Positions 14,235 to 31,024 of a stretch of DNA of 64,000 nt are shown here, in pieces (position 1 is the stretch's first letter; every line of letters starts with the position of its first letter). The notes beneath the pieces are model-generated. The model was not told the DNA's origin. It saw nothing but the letters and a program-made list of their open reading frames with translations, and did not search any database. The position numbers were made by a program, and so were the translations under genes. Source of the DNA: Paramecium tetraurelia (Eukaryota); assembly GCA_000165425.1 (NCBI GenBank), contig CT868629.1, positions 62,001 through 126,000 of the forward strand. Direction: 5' to 3'.

Positions 14235-15206
14235 ATGAAACATTTAAATAATAATCAAACCTTGCATCTAACATGTGATCATATAATCGATTACAACAAT
14301 TAAGATATTGGAGGATTTAATGTAAATAATTCATTACATTCTTAGATATCAAATGACTCTAATTATATTGCCATTTTCACTAATTCTTAATAAGATATTG
14401 AAACCTTCCAATTTAGAATATATTGCTTACAATCATTTAAATTGATTATCACTTTTAACGTCTCAAAAATCAACATAAAACCAAATTCGATATACTTTTC
14501 AGATAATTCATCTTATTTTTACTATAATTCCTATGGTAATCATTTGACCTTACTTAACTTATAGGATCTAACTTTCAAAACAATACCCATTCACATTTAA
14601 TCTATGAATTGTGAGCTTTGGTTATTTGATTAAACATTACTAATAAAAGATAATCTGCATTTACACATTTATAACGTATAAAATGAATAGAAGATAGAAT
14701 AACTTCGTCTAGGATTCACTTTTTCCTAATTCACACCATTCTCAAGAAATAATTATTACCTATTGAATGATAAACAATCAACTTTAGAACTATGGTCTAA
14801 TTATCACTCCTTTCTAAAAATGAAATTATCAAAGTAGTTTTCAAAATTACCTGGTAGAATAATGTTGCTCAAAGATCAATTTATTCTTTGTGTAATTAAT
14901 TTTAGGATAATTAAATTATTATCAAAAAGTAATTTTCAAATACTTAGAAGTATTATACTGGGGAGTCATTTCAATAAGGAGTAACTCCATTTTGATGATG
15001 AGATCGCATTTGTTAAAATGTAAATGTACCCTTCTACGTTAAATATCAGCAATTTAATGCCAGAAATTTCTCATAAATAATTAAAACTTGAAAATGGTTT
15101 CCTAGAAGAATTTACTTCTTATGAATAAACCTCAAAACTACTAATAGGTATAAAACTAAAGAACTTATGTGGTTTTGAATTGAAAATTTATAAATTACCA
15201 TTTTGA
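14235..15206 (+). CDS. Divergent beta-propeller/WD40-like protein
   Basis: Open table-6 frame: ISNDSNYIAIF...FRIYCLQSFKLIITF...IYFSDNSSYFY...KIYKLPF-TGA. Confidence 0.6.
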
Positions 15207-15294
15207 TTACAAACTTGCAAATGAATAGATTTGAGATTAATAATATTTATAGATTAACTATGTAAATAAAAAAATTATTAAATGTAATTTTAAT

Positions 15295-18233
<2,939 letters not shown>

Positions 18234-18327
18234 AAAGCGGGAATTTTTTAAACAAATTATTAAATAACCTTTTAACAATTAAAATTTGTTACAAAAAAAA
18301 TAGATACATTTCATATGTAATTCAAAC

Positions 18328-19764
18328 TCATTTGAAAGGAAGGCTTGTATTAAAATAGATTTTCAAATCACTTGTTAATGGAGAGTTCAGTATCTTTTGT
18401 TCGATTTGTCTAATGAAAAAATTATTGGAGTATTTGCTAATGAAAAACATTGGGTTAATCGTAAGAGGCAACTACAAGATAATTGAATCGCACTCTTTGT
18501 AGATTATCATTGTGATTAGGAAAGTTTTAGGTTTGGTTTATGATTTATTGTTTTTGATTTCTTGAGATTCATAGAAATGTGTAATTATTTAGTATATTTG
18601 TATTAAATAAATCCTAATTAAATTTGAATAACTCGAAATGGAGAGTGTTTCATCTCCTTTCAAGTGAAATTTGATTTTGGAGTATTTAGAAAATTTGTTA
18701 TTGAATCGACTTAAGATTTTAAATAGTGATAATTCTTAGATTTTGTTATCATTGACAAGCAACAACGAAATGATACCCCAATTAAAGAAAAGCTGGTTGT
18801 TTTTCTGTGAAGTTTGCTAGATATAAATTTTGATTGGTTTTTTTATAGATTAGTTAAGAGAGATATTTTTGGATTGCTGACTGTCCAAAATTACGATCTT
18901 GTTTATATGATCTATGCCCAAATTGACCACTCTCAAATTGAATTTGTGTTTTGAAATTGCAATCTTTACACTACCCTCTTAGTTTTTGATTAAAAACTCC
19001 TATAATTCTTGTCCTTCAATTTTGTACTGCCTTAAAAGGTTTCTAACATTACACCCATCACAAAGTTCCTCATCATAGTTTGGAAATTCAAGTAAATCTT
19101 TGCCATTCAGAAAATTGAACTGTAATAGCCTTTAGCAGTAAGTGACTTGGAAAAATGGAAGTTTAATCAGTTCAGATAATTATCTATCCAAGACATTCTC
19201 ACAGATTTTGGAGAGGAACTCTTTGCGTGCATTTGCATCACAGATGTATATAACAATCACTATCATTACAGCAGCACCTATGCCCATGAGAACATCTTGT
19301 GGATCGACATGCTGGGTGGTTTATATTGTAATGATGAGTTTAATTATGGTGTGACATATGACTTAGACCACACTATCCAAAAAGTCTGAGACGAAATAAG
19401 CACAGGCTTAAAATTCCATAAAATTACTTCCATAGCTATAATACATTTATGATTTGGTATTTTCGGGAAAGTTTAACTACAGTAAGGAGCTTGAAATATT
19501 GGCAATCATCAGTGTGTATCTGATGTAGAGAGGCCATTTCACACTTATGAGGATCAAGACCACTGCCAGAGCAATCAAAATATAATTAATGTATTGATAG
19601 GATAGTTACAACTTGCCTAAATCGATTAGCACTTTCGAAACATTCAGTATGAGACCAAGTGTCATGAATACATAAAACACAGGTTTTCTGAGTCTTCCTA
19701 TTTTTTCATTTTGATATTAGAGTTCCAATTAAGAGTTAAAGAACTTCAGTGTCAACTTATTCAT
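18328..19764 (-). CDS. Multi-pass membrane protein (MNKxTLxF...E..Y family), intronless
   Basis: 479-codon ORF MNKLTLKFFNSQLELQYQ... with hydrophobic helices, ending LPFK-TGA. Paralog of 5584-7044. Confidence 0.75.
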
Positions 19765-19777
19765 TATTTATAATTAA

Positions 19778-22363
19778 TCATTTCTCTGTTAATTCCCTAT
19801 ATCCTTTCCAATCACTGGGCTTCTGGTAATTGGTTTCCTCCATGCTGTGCAAGACAGCCTCAGTTGGACCGTCATTCGGTTTGAGTTTGAGAGCCTCTTG
19901 GAACATGGCACGAGCAGTTTTCCAATCTCCATCCAAATAGGCTTAAAAGGCTTTACCAAACACTTCCTAATCTCCATATACTAAATAATTACCATAAAAT
20001 CTTTCTTGAATCCAGCCAATAAGTATTTCATATCTTTGTTTTCGTGAATATGTTCTATAGCTTTGAATTCTCCACTTTCAACCTGTTCTTTAATTTCCAA
20101 TTTCTTTTATCTTAAAATCATCTTCAACTCTTCCTTAGTGAACTCCTTGTATTTCACTGATGGATCGTTACTAGGAGGTAGATTGTCCACATTCATGTCA
20201 ATAGTATAAAGACTGACAGGAACGTTGGATCCCTTGACACAAACTCTATCGATGTGTCTGATATATTCTTGGAATTCAGGTGAAAAATGTTCATAAAGAG
20301 ATTCAGAAATCAAAATGGGAACACCATATTGTTTGGTGGCTGCTTCTAGTCTTGATGCCATGTTAACATTAGGACTTAAATATGAAGCATCGATTTTATA
20401 GTTGGATCCAATGGCTCCTTCGATTCCCCACCCCATGTGGAGTCCAAATCCTATCTTGACTTTGTAATTGTCCATTCTTGCCTACAATCTTTTATCCTAT
20501 CTATAGGCTAGAATCTTTGGTTCTCTATTGATTTTGCATTGGATCTTCATAAACGAAATCAAGGCACAATCAGATAAGATTGAGATATATCTATGACTAT
20601 GATACTATTGAATTACTATTTGTCGTGCCAGATTACGTTGTCTTCTTCAAAAGAATAAGTTTCTGGTCTAGTCTTCCACACCAGTAAAAAGGCATCACCA
20701 ATGTTCTTGTTTGCTGCTCCCATGTATCTATCGACCATTGTGTGTACAATGTCTCCGATATTATTCACAAACACCATGACATCCTCTTAAAGTACTTCTG
20801 TAGCATCAGTGAAATTTCTGATATCACAAAAACCATAGATGGCTACTTTTTTGATTCCTGGTAACATGGGATCGACATCTCCTTACTTTTTCATATTGAT
20901 TCTAATAATTTCAGTACCAGCATCACCAAATCCTAAGGCAAGCAATGTTCCAATTTTGACTATTGTGTTTTCAATCTTAACGGTTTCATTTGAATTCTCA
21001 TTCTGTATAACAGCCATTTCTGTAACAATTTATGGATCATTGGCTATTTTATTAATTTTCTCAATCATTCTTTCCAAAGGTCTCAATGCCAAATCATTAG
21101 AATCCTTTGAAAACATCATTGCTCCAAAAGTCAAGACTATACTCACAAAGATAGTTCTGATTATTGATAAGATACTTGTCATCACAGCTGCTTATCTTGT
21201 ACTCAAGATACCCACAACATCAGGGTTGTCCTTGCTAAAAGAATATCATTTATTTAAAATACTCAAATGATGCAATGGCAGCATCAGGTAGATTAGTAGT
21301 TTTTAAGAGAGTATCATAATCTAAAGTATATGCTCCAACGTCCTATTCGTCGGTTCTTAGATTTGGATAGTCATCATTCTGATAAATGGGAAAATCCTTA
21401 TAATTGTACAAGGGACTAGTAAATAACACAATATAATTGTCGATGCCACTATGATCGATGATAATCTAACTGTATGCATCCTTAACATCATCGTATGTGG
21501 ATGCTTCAGATTCAGCCAGTTTTACAAATTATTAAGATTACATCAACATGCTAGTTGGTGGAGACACATAATAATCGACAGAAAATAATGGGATCAGAAA
21601 CAATAAAGCCAATACCACAATGATAACCTTTTTAGTAGTTGAATCTGATAACATTTTTGAAACCTTTGATTCTTTAGTTTCAGCCTCCTCACCTTATCCT
21701 GGATTGGGTTATTCAGCCCTGTCTTGGATTTGGGGTTCGATTGTATTAGCTTTCCTCTTCTATCTTCTTTGGGCTATCAATTTCTAAACCTTATCATCAT
21801 CTTCCTTATTTGCAGATTTATAGATTTTCACCAATCTTATCAATCTCACCAGTCTAACTACTCTACCTGCTTTAGTTCCCACTCTCGATGCTCTTCCTGC
21901 TCTTGCCAGTCCAGCTGTATTTTTAGCTTAGCCTCCTGCTCCACTCAATCCAACAGCCTAATTGAAAAGATTAATATCAAGCAATAAAGAGATTGTTGAT
22001 ATTGAATCGAGCCAGAAGAAGAAGGACAGAAAGTATCCCTCTTTAACTATGACTGACAGTATGATTTCTGTTGAAAACATTACCTAAACTCCATAATAAA
22101 ACTGTGTTTACCAAACATGTAATGTTCAAAGCATCAAAAACTATATCTGCACTTAACCGAAACGCAGCTACTCTTATATCATCTCCAAAAAGAGCATACA
22201 GAGTCAATATGTTTATTATTACTTAAAATACTGTACTCTCTAAAACTATTTCAAATATTGATGCTCGATGAGAACTAAGCTAATAAACATTCAAATTATA
22301 CTTCTTATCCATTGTCTGTTGAAAGATGTCCACATCTGCTGGTGCTTGTGGCTAATCAGTCAT
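19778..22363 (-). CDS. Ion-channel-type class III adenylyl cyclase (voltage-sensor-like TM domain plus catalytic domain)
   Basis: S4-like ARAGRASRVGTKAGRVVRLVRLIRLVK. Catalytic GFCDIRNFTDATE, NKNIGDAFL and GFGLHMGWGIEGAIGSNYKIDASYLSPNVNMASRLEAATK. C-terminus WKGYRELTEK-TGA. Confidence 0.95.
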
Positions 22364-23013
22364 ATTTAATTTATAATTAATATTAACTTTAATATTCACA
22401 TCCCTCCCACCTTATCTAATCAATTCCTCACTCTACTTCATTTCACATACACCCATTATCACCAATTTCCTTATGCTCAATCAGTTTATCTAATCATTCA
22501 AGACCCTATCAATTCAACTGTAAGTTACGAAAACTAAATATAGTTTGTTTGTTGCACTCATCAAATCATAAATCAGAATACTCATTCACTCTGTAATCAA
22601 ATCTATATACATTTAAAAGAGCAAGCAAGAATTTATTGTAATAAAATATTTGATAATAATTAATGGGGAATAGAGCAATTAAATTAATATTCACTTTGAT
22701 GATATCACATTTATTAGAATATATTAATTTCTTTAAATGGATTATAATAAAAATTTTTCCATTTTAAGTGAAAAACCAAAGATTTGTTTCGAATTTGACT
22801 TATTTTCATTTCACAAACAATTTTAACAATTCATTTCACTAACCGAAAATCTAAAATTATAAATTTTATAATGAGGTTTAACCATTTTTTAAGATAATTT
22901 ATTAAATAATTTTGTAATTATTCTTAGAATGTTAAATATTTTAATACTTTATATTCCACTAAATATCATATGAAAGTAAAGATGTTACAGTGGTGAAGAG
23001 GAGACAATATTAA

Positions 23014-24188
23014 TCATTTTATGGATTTTATAATTTATTAGTCATCGTATTATTTTTATCTTACTTTTTCGATAATGATTTTAGAATAAATACAAAAATT
23101 ACTGAGACTAGATTCTCTATATAATTATTTAGTTTTCCCTTCCCTAATTGAATAACAAGTCATTCGAATATTTCTAGGACAGAAATATTACTTTGTAAAA
23201 TCCTAATTTAGATAATATTTAAGGATCTAAGAGATAAATAAATTGGACAATTAAATTTGAAATAAAGTATAGAGAGAGGACAATTAAATAAAATAGTTAT
23301 TAAAGGCTAAGGATGTTTCTTCTAAATTAAAAGTTATAATATATGAGATTAATTTTTGGATTGATTTGAATCAATTTTTAATTTTTTATTGGATTGAAAT
23401 TTGGCTGTGACATCTGCTTTTAGTATTTTTTTTGTTGTCAGCTTTCGAGGAGTTGGCGAGACTGAACTGTTTTCTATCTGATGTTTTTGTGTGTTGATAT
23501 GATAGACTCAATAGATAATCGAATATGGAATTGCATTTTTAAATAGGACTAGTTTTCTGTTTAGTTAATTTTTTGAAGTTTAACATACTATTTAAGACTA
23601 AGATATTTTATGTTTTAAAATACCTTGTTTATTTTCTACAATTCCAGTTTGGCATCTCTTATGGGATGGCTTTTTGTTTGAGGTATTTTTGAGTTGGGTG
23701 CTTGATTTAAGAACATTTTATTTATTAACATTAATGATAGATTGTTTTAATTTTTAAGTTGGATTTTTTGACTTGTCTTTTCTGATTGGGGATGTATTTT
23801 TGGTGAATAATTCAATGGCATTCATGGATCTGCGACGTTAAAAGATTTGTGGTTCAATAATGAGTTAACTCTAAAGTGTTGAAAGGTTGATATTAAAATA
23901 AAATTTTACTTCATTCAATTAAAATTGATGTTGGCTTCTATCAGTGAGTAAACTCAATTCATGAGATTCAATTAGAAGATTCGAGAAGTCGTAACTAAAT
24001 GTTTTCTTTTAACATCGTGAACATTGAATCCAATATTTGTTTTATAATTGGCTTTTTGATAGATAAACGATAAAGAAATACCTTTATTATAATTTCTTAG
24101 TTTTATTTGTGCATTTGAGACAGATATGATGAGAGCAAATCAACTAGATCAAGGCAGTGTTTTTTAAGCAAAGTTGACATGTTTACAT
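23014..24188 (-). CDS. RING-finger protein (3' boundary uncertain)
   Basis: MQTCQLCLKNTALIQLICSHHICLKC...[intron]...WIQCSRC is a C3HC4 pattern. Downstream exons and the stop are only tentatively assigned. Confidence 0.55.
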
Positions 24189-24254
24189 TTATTTGTAATA
24201 ATTTCTTTTTATAAATACATAAATGATTATTTGTAATGTACTTAAATTATAAAC

Positions 24255-24762
24255 TCATTTCTTAGCTGGAGCTTTCTTTTAGGCTTATGGTTTGTCTGCA
24301 GCAGCAGCAGCGGCAGCAGCCTTTTGGGCAGCTACGACTTAGGCATTAACAGTGAAGATGTATTATTTAGAGTTTTAATCACCGGCTGGAACCAATAAAC
24401 CTGATTTTGCGAAGTGTCTGATGCATCTTCTGGCTAAAGAACTATTATTAAGGTTATGGGAGCAATAATTACCCGTTTACTTTGAATTTATCTGATACTG
24501 TTGAGACTGTGATCAATGCTCCCATTTTAGGTAATTGGGTCTCAATTTATTTGTAGGATGTTGAATCCAAAAATACGGCATTGTTCAACTTATCCTTTGC
24601 TCTTCCCTTGGTCCATTTCTATTGTGCATAATCAAAATGGATGTAATACCTTCTTTGTTTAATTACTTCTTTGTGATGCAGCTTTAGATATCTAATCCTT
24701 GGTTTTCTTTTAACCTTATGTTGGTTGTTTTCCCTATTGAATATTAAGAGAAGTATTACCAT
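24255..24762 (-). CDS. RPS25: 40S ribosomal protein S25 (eS25)
   Basis: KKWTKGRAKDKLNNAVFLD...LITVSTVSDKFKVNGSLARRCIRHF. The first coding exon is the ATG alone, and there are 3 introns. Confidence 0.95.
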
Positions 24763-24810
24763 GATTTCAAATCTTTAATAAAATTTTTGAAAAAAATTTA
24801 ATACCAATTA

Positions 24811-25243
24811 ATGCAGCAATAAGTCACCACAGTTCACACAGATAAATTCAAAGCCATCGGTCCCTATTCAGCTGCTAAAATTATTGCTCCAACAGCCCAT
24901 CTAGTCTTTTTGTCAGGTCAATTGGGTATTGTCCCTGAAGTAATTGCCATTAATCTACATATAATAGTCAGGAAATCTCATTTCTGAAGACGTAGCAGAA
25001 TAGGCCACTCAAGCAATGAAGAATGTGGGAATCTTGTTAGAAGCAGCCAAGTCTAGCTTCAAGAATATTGTCAAATGCATCGTTTATCTAGTTGATATGG
25101 CTGACTTTGCAAAGGTGAATGAGGCCTATGCTAAATTCTTTGATGGCGATTATCCAGCCAGAGTTTGTATTGCAGTCAAACAATTACCCAAAGGAGGTTT
25201 GGTAGAAGTAGAAGTCATTGCAGTTTAAGATACTGAATAATGA
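24811..25243 (+). CDS. RidA/YjgF/UK114 reactive-intermediate deaminase
   Basis: AIGPYSAA, VFLSGQLG, KCIVYLVDMADFAKVNEAY and PARVCIAVKQLPKGGLVEVE. One intron. Confidence 0.93.
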
Positions 25244-25492
25244 TGAATTATATTGCATAAAATTGTATAAAAAAACAATATGAGTTATTTTTATAGAACA
25301 GATTTATATATTCTGTGCAGTTAAATAAAACTTTGATTATCAATTTATCAATTTGTGATAAATAGTAACTTCAATATCAGGCAAGAAGAAGTAAAAAATA
25401 TATATATTTTAAATTCGTCACGATTCATCCCTTTAACATTATTAATCATTAATTTCTTGAGCGACATTTATATATAATAATTATATAAATAA

Positions 25493-27305
25493 ATGATGAA
25501 AGGAAGTTAGTAAAATGTTCTACTGAATGAGTTAAAAGAAATCCCTATTTATTCAGATAATTGGTTTTGGAAGCTCAGAATGAAAAATCAAGCATTGCTT
25601 TAATTTTCGATTATTTTTATCCTAATACTTGGAGTAGTTTTAGGCATTTATTCAGTCAACATGGCTATTATCGTTCCTCTGTTAGAGCAATCCTCATTTG
25701 AGATATACAATAATAATGCAAAACATACATTATAAAGTCATTTGAGAAGCTACGATGGTATTCTAAATGGGATATTTAATATAAGTAATAATTTAAAAAT
25801 AGAAATAGATATCCACTAATTGCAAATACTTCATCAAATTTACACTTAATCTTACAGGAACCTTGAAAAAGAAGATAACATTACTTTGGATTATAGAGCT
25901 CACATGGATTATGCAGGTACAAAGAAAATGCCTTAAATACTTGTGGATTAACCACCTGGATCACTGTAAAAAACACATTCATTTATGTGCTATACAAATA
26001 AAACCAACATAACATATCCAATGAGCAAAGTTACATTAATTAATTTAAAGATCTAAGAAACCATGTATCCTATAGGTCATATTTTGGCTGCCACTAAATT
26101 AAACATAAAATCCTTATTTTATGTAGGAACTTTAGATGAGCCTTAAGTTTACTTTTCATACCCTTGCACCAATTTCCAAAACGCTATTTATGGATTGAAC
26201 ATTCCGAAGAGACCCTGGTTTTTGAAAGGCATTAGCGTGTATGATCAATCGAATTTTAGTGATTACGATTATTAATTTACCGACCCCTTTCTTTGTAATT
26301 AATTTATCGATTATTATCATAGAATTTACCAAAGACAAAATTGAAGTCACTCTTGTTATGCCCTTGCTTGATAGAGATCTTAAATTAAAGGGAGTGATGG
26401 CATCGGATCTGGGGACAGATTTAAATAAATTTGTAGTTAAAACTGATCAGAATGTTCATATGGTCCTATTGGCCAATGCTAAGGGACTACTCATTTATCA
26501 CAGTTACAACGTAAGTTTGTCGCTCCTTCCTATTTATATTTTCAATACTTCTCTTACAGGATTTACTTTGGATGACTGGGCTTCAATAAAAGATACAAAA
26601 TAAAGCAATTGTTCATCTTATCCTAAGAACTCTAGTTTGCTTTGTCGTTACAATAGTGTGTATGATAAGGATTTGGTGATTACAATTCATGAGATCAAGA
26701 AATTCAATTATCTCTTTATGATGTAAGTATTTAACCTCAATTTAATAAAGATTCCATGATACTGCAGATTATACTGATTATCAGCTCAAATCAACTGAGG
26801 ACATGTTGGATAAGCTGTAATTAGAAGCAATCTAATTTCTGGAAATCGCCCTTGGAATTTTTCTGGGTGCCATGTTTATAGCCATTTGCATTCTAATCTT
26901 AATCTTTTATCCCATCCAGAAAATTATAGATAATTGTCATTATATAATGGGAATCAGAAATAAATAAAATATGAACAAAAGGATTCTGCTAACAAAATTC
27001 TTTATGCCCTTCCTGAATCCTTAATTATAATTACTCTTTCTGGCATACACTAATTTAGTTAAAAGGTTTTTGTCCTTATCGCATACAAAAGGAAGTCTCT
27101 GCAAAACTCAGGAGGCGTTGCAATACCCGAAGAAGATTAAGTAGAAAGCTCACCTTTCGTTAAATCGATATTTAAAAAAAAACATGATTTTAATAGAAAT
27201 AAACAAAATGGTTTTTTAGGCTTCCACATACTTTCCCTCTTAATTGATGGGAAGATTTGTTGAGAAAATACTAATGTAATTTTACTAATGATAATAATTA
27301 TATGA
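25493..27305 (+). CDS. Two-TM membrane protein with extracellular Cache-like sensor domain
   Basis: N-terminal TM helix, then IPKRPWFLK, FTDPF and VTLVMPLLDRDLKLKGVMASDL (Cache signature). A second TM helix lies near 26840-26910. Confidence 0.75.
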
Positions 27306-27311
27306 TATTTT

Positions 27312-28395
27312 TCATGAAGAAGGGGCTGGTTACTCTTCAATCAATGGTTGATATTGATCCAACTATTATTATTGTTGCTGTTGTTCTTATTGTACTTACT
27401 GTTATTACTAATCACCTCCTAAATAAGTATTAACAACTTCAGTTCCGTATTTCTTTTAAACTATTTATTTTGTTCCATTTCCAATAGAACTTCCAACTTA
27501 ACATAAGGCTGTGCCTAATCCTGAGAGAGCTGTTCCTGCTGCATCCCAAGTAGCTGATGTCAATTATTTACTCTATTTCAAAACTAAGATTACGATTTCT
27601 ATTATATTTACTGTTGCTGTCTGAATTATCTATTTTTTGGCCTAGTTCATTTGTGAGCTCCTTGGTTTTCTATGCCACTGGCTTAAATAATTATCCAAGG
27701 TATTGCCCTGTTACATCGAAGACTTCACTGACTTTTTCTTTAGTAGCCTATAATTTAGTCTTGGTATTTGGATCAACTTAAACTTCTTAACCTGGCTGAA
27801 TTTTATCATTCAAATATTGAGTTCCTTTGTTTATTCCTGTGGCCATCATTGTTCCCAAAAACATGAATCCTTTCTTAAGATAGCTAGAGGAATTAAATCA
27901 TTAAATATACTCTCCACCCTTTGCTATATAAGCAGCAGCATCATTGGGATTATCCAAAGGGTTAGTAGCAATGTCTTTACAATGTAGTTCAATTGTGTCT
28001 TTAAACTGTTGTATTTACATGGCCTAATCAAATGGGACCATTGAGACAACTGTGTTTAAGGCTGTGTGGAATGCATTCAATAAATCACTTTGTGGAATAA
28101 AGATTCCATTTAAACCTAAAACATATTGTGGTTTTCACCAATTACCTTAGTCTATATGAGGGAAAATGAGTGTCAAGCCAGATTCAGATTATATGTACAC
28201 AAAAGGGGTGCCAGGAACAATATTCTGACAGAATCTCTCAATAGTAATGAAATGAGTTTTTGAATCCTGGAATTGGGCGAGCTTCACAGTTCCCTGGAAA
28301 ACCTTTGTTCTGGAGTTTTAAATCAATCTGAAGAATTGTGCGTTCTCGGCAATTGAAACCACTTAAGCCATTTCTCTTGGTTGCTCTTATTGCAT
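27312..28395 (-). CDS. Senescence/spartin-associated domain protein
   Basis: AAYIAKGGDYLKKGFMFLGTMMATGINKGTQYLNDKIQPGQEVQVDPNTK...KKYGTEV resembles the spartin/ERD7 senescence domain. Q-rich tail. Confidence 0.75.
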
Positions 28396-28427
28396 TTTTA
28401 ATATTTTAAATAATAGATACGTGTAAA

Positions 28428-29142
28428 ATGAGAATTATAGCAATGTACCTCCTGAAATACCATCCTGAAAATCCGATTTTTATATCCTAAAACTTTGAGC
28501 TTTCGTTTGTGAAGTACAACATTTGAATAACTTATTTTCTAGTTGGTTTTAGCGTCCTTTCTTTAAAGAAACTCTCAATTTTGGAGCTAGAACTTGTGCA
28601 GCGTATTCTATATAATATAAAATACAAGACGAGCCAAACCTGGTACTAGGAGTGCTGTCACTAACCAAGAAGCTCATGCTGTGTCATATATATGCATCGA
28701 TAAAAATAATCTAGTGGCTCTTGTTATTGCAGATGATTAATATCCGGAAAAAGTTGCTTTCATGGTTATCCAAAATATGTATCAAGAATACTATCGCCAA
28801 TATAACTCCATGTTCTTAGACACCATAGTTGGTATTCATCATATTTCACCATTTTACAGCTGATCAAAACATAAATATACCAAAATTTGAAGAATTCATA
28901 AAACTCTACCAAGATCCCAAAGAAGTTGATAAATTACTTAAAATTGAGAACACTCTCAATGAGGTCACTATGATTGTTCATTAATCTCTGGACGATGTAA
29001 TTCTCGTCCTTATATTTAGCTTTTAAAAAGAGGAGAGACTTTGGAATCGCTAATGGCTAAATCAAAGGATATGAGTAGTGTCAGTTTAGACTTCTATAAA
29101 AATGCCAAGAAAACCAATAATAAATGTTGCAGCTTGTATTGA
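28428..29142 (+). CDS. YKT6: Longin R-SNARE Ykt6
   Basis: Longin domain WFQRPFFKETLNFGART...DQYPEKVAF, YQDPKEVDKLLKIE, LKRGETLESLMAKSKDMS, and C-terminal prenylation motif CCSLY-TGA. Confidence 0.95.
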
Positions 29143-29198
29143 ATAAACCTTAACAAAATATATATATAGATTTTTATCTATAAAAATATACATGATTC

Positions 29199-29588
29199 TC
29201 ACAATGTTAATGCCTTTGCAGCCATGTCCTTAGCTTTTGCTTCGTTGTTACCCAAAAATGTTGAAATTTATTAACCCTTATGGAATAAATAAACTGCTGG
29301 AATTCCTTGACTCTAAATATTTAATGAAAAATTATACTGCATATTAAGATGAAACCTTTTATAACTCTTCGATATCAACATTCACGATTGCTAACTCCCA
29401 TTTTCCTTAACCTTGTTCTAGGAGACTGTGGAGTTTGGGTTTCAAAACCTTGCATGGACCACACCTATTAAATTAATGAATGCTAAATACCAATCAGCGT
29501 AGAAATCAACAATGACGGGTTTTGCATTTTCAAGAACTAGGGTCTTCCAATCATTCTCTGACTGTATTGTTAAAGTATGGTCTTACAT
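29199..29588 (-). CDS. Thioredoxin
   Basis: PVIVDFYADW[intron]CGPCK and GIPAVYLFHKG. Confidence 0.93.
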
Positions 29589-29701
29589 TAATTAAATTTA
29601 AAAATTAAATATCTAAGACTTTACTATTATTGCATTTAATGTCACTCAACTAATTAAAACTTACGTATCTCAAACAATTTTAATTTAAAATGAATATACT
29701 C

Positions 29702-30975
29702 TCATTATCCACAATTTTCTTAATTCTTATCCGTAACAAATATCTAGAATAGATCTGAGATCTAAAATATAGACATCAATCTTTCCTCGTTATCTAGACA
29801 CACTAAACTGTCCCTCGGAGACAATAACAGATTTTCAACAACCTACACACAATGATACTTAATTTACTTGTTTTATTGTTTGATTGAATGTGAATTGTTA
29901 TTTATTTCTAATGTAAAATGCCAAATATTTAGAATCTTCTGCTTTAATCAATTGCAACAACTTCTCAGCTGTGGATGCTAACTAATTAATAGGATTGATA
30001 ACAATTACTATGTCAAACATCTAATATTTCAAAATAAATATAAAATCTCTTCTGTCAATCAACCCCAAATATTTTTGGTTTTTATCCACAATCGCAATCG
30101 TATTCCTTTTGTAAACATAAATTAATTTATAGAATAGACTAAAAATACAATTTAAGAGTGATACTCATAAACAGGAATATCTGCTGGCAATGCATACTTT
30201 AATTTCATAGCTTCCTCCTTGAAATAGTCCATCTGTAATTCATGTTATTCGTGATTGGAAGTGCTTGCTCCATTTTAATGTTTCTTTAGAGCAAAATATT
30301 AATTAAATCCCTTAACAAGAAAACTAAGGATATCCTTCTGTTGAATAATTCCTGCCACCATTTTTGATTCTTTTTCTATGACAATGATTCTGGTAATATT
30401 TTCTGTTATAAATTTTGAGCAGATATCATTCAAATTATCATCTAATTCAGCCTTTACTAAACAATTCTAATGCAAATTCTCCCCAACACTATTAAACCAA
30501 GTCTTGATGGAAATGGTCTTAAAATCTGATAATAATTGATTGAATTGATCTATCGTTAATCTTCCTTATATGGTTCTTTGGATTGGTGAATATGACTCAT
30601 CTTCATTCTCCATTTCAATAATGGCTGCTATATTTTTTGTCGTCCAAACTATCTAAAAATAGATTATATTAAATTACTATTCGGGATGTCATAGAGTACA
30701 TTGTAATAACATTTTAAAACAGTCTTAATGAGATCTGCCTATGTAAACACACCATCATAGTTTGCAATCTCCTGATTCCAAAATAATACTTCATCAACAT
30801 GAGAATCAATAAATATCTTGAAAGTATCAAAAAGAGACAATGTCATATCAACAACAGAAACTTGATTATTTATAGATAAACAATCATAAACGCTACTATC
30901 ACGCAAGAAGTAACTTAAAGTGGAAACATATTCCTCTTTTAACAAATCTTCTTTGCTAGGTGGACTACGTTTCAT
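29702..30975 (-). CDS. CBS-domain protein (AMPK gamma/SNF4-like)
   Basis: YDCLSINNQVSVVDMTLSLFDTF, YDGVFTQADLI, ITRIIVIE...VAGIIQQKDIL, YLGLIDRRDF and KIDVYILDL are tandem CBS repeats. Confidence 0.82.
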
Positions 30976-31024
30976 TAAAATAAATATATTATTAAAAGCA
31001 ATATATATAAAACATTTACTGAGT

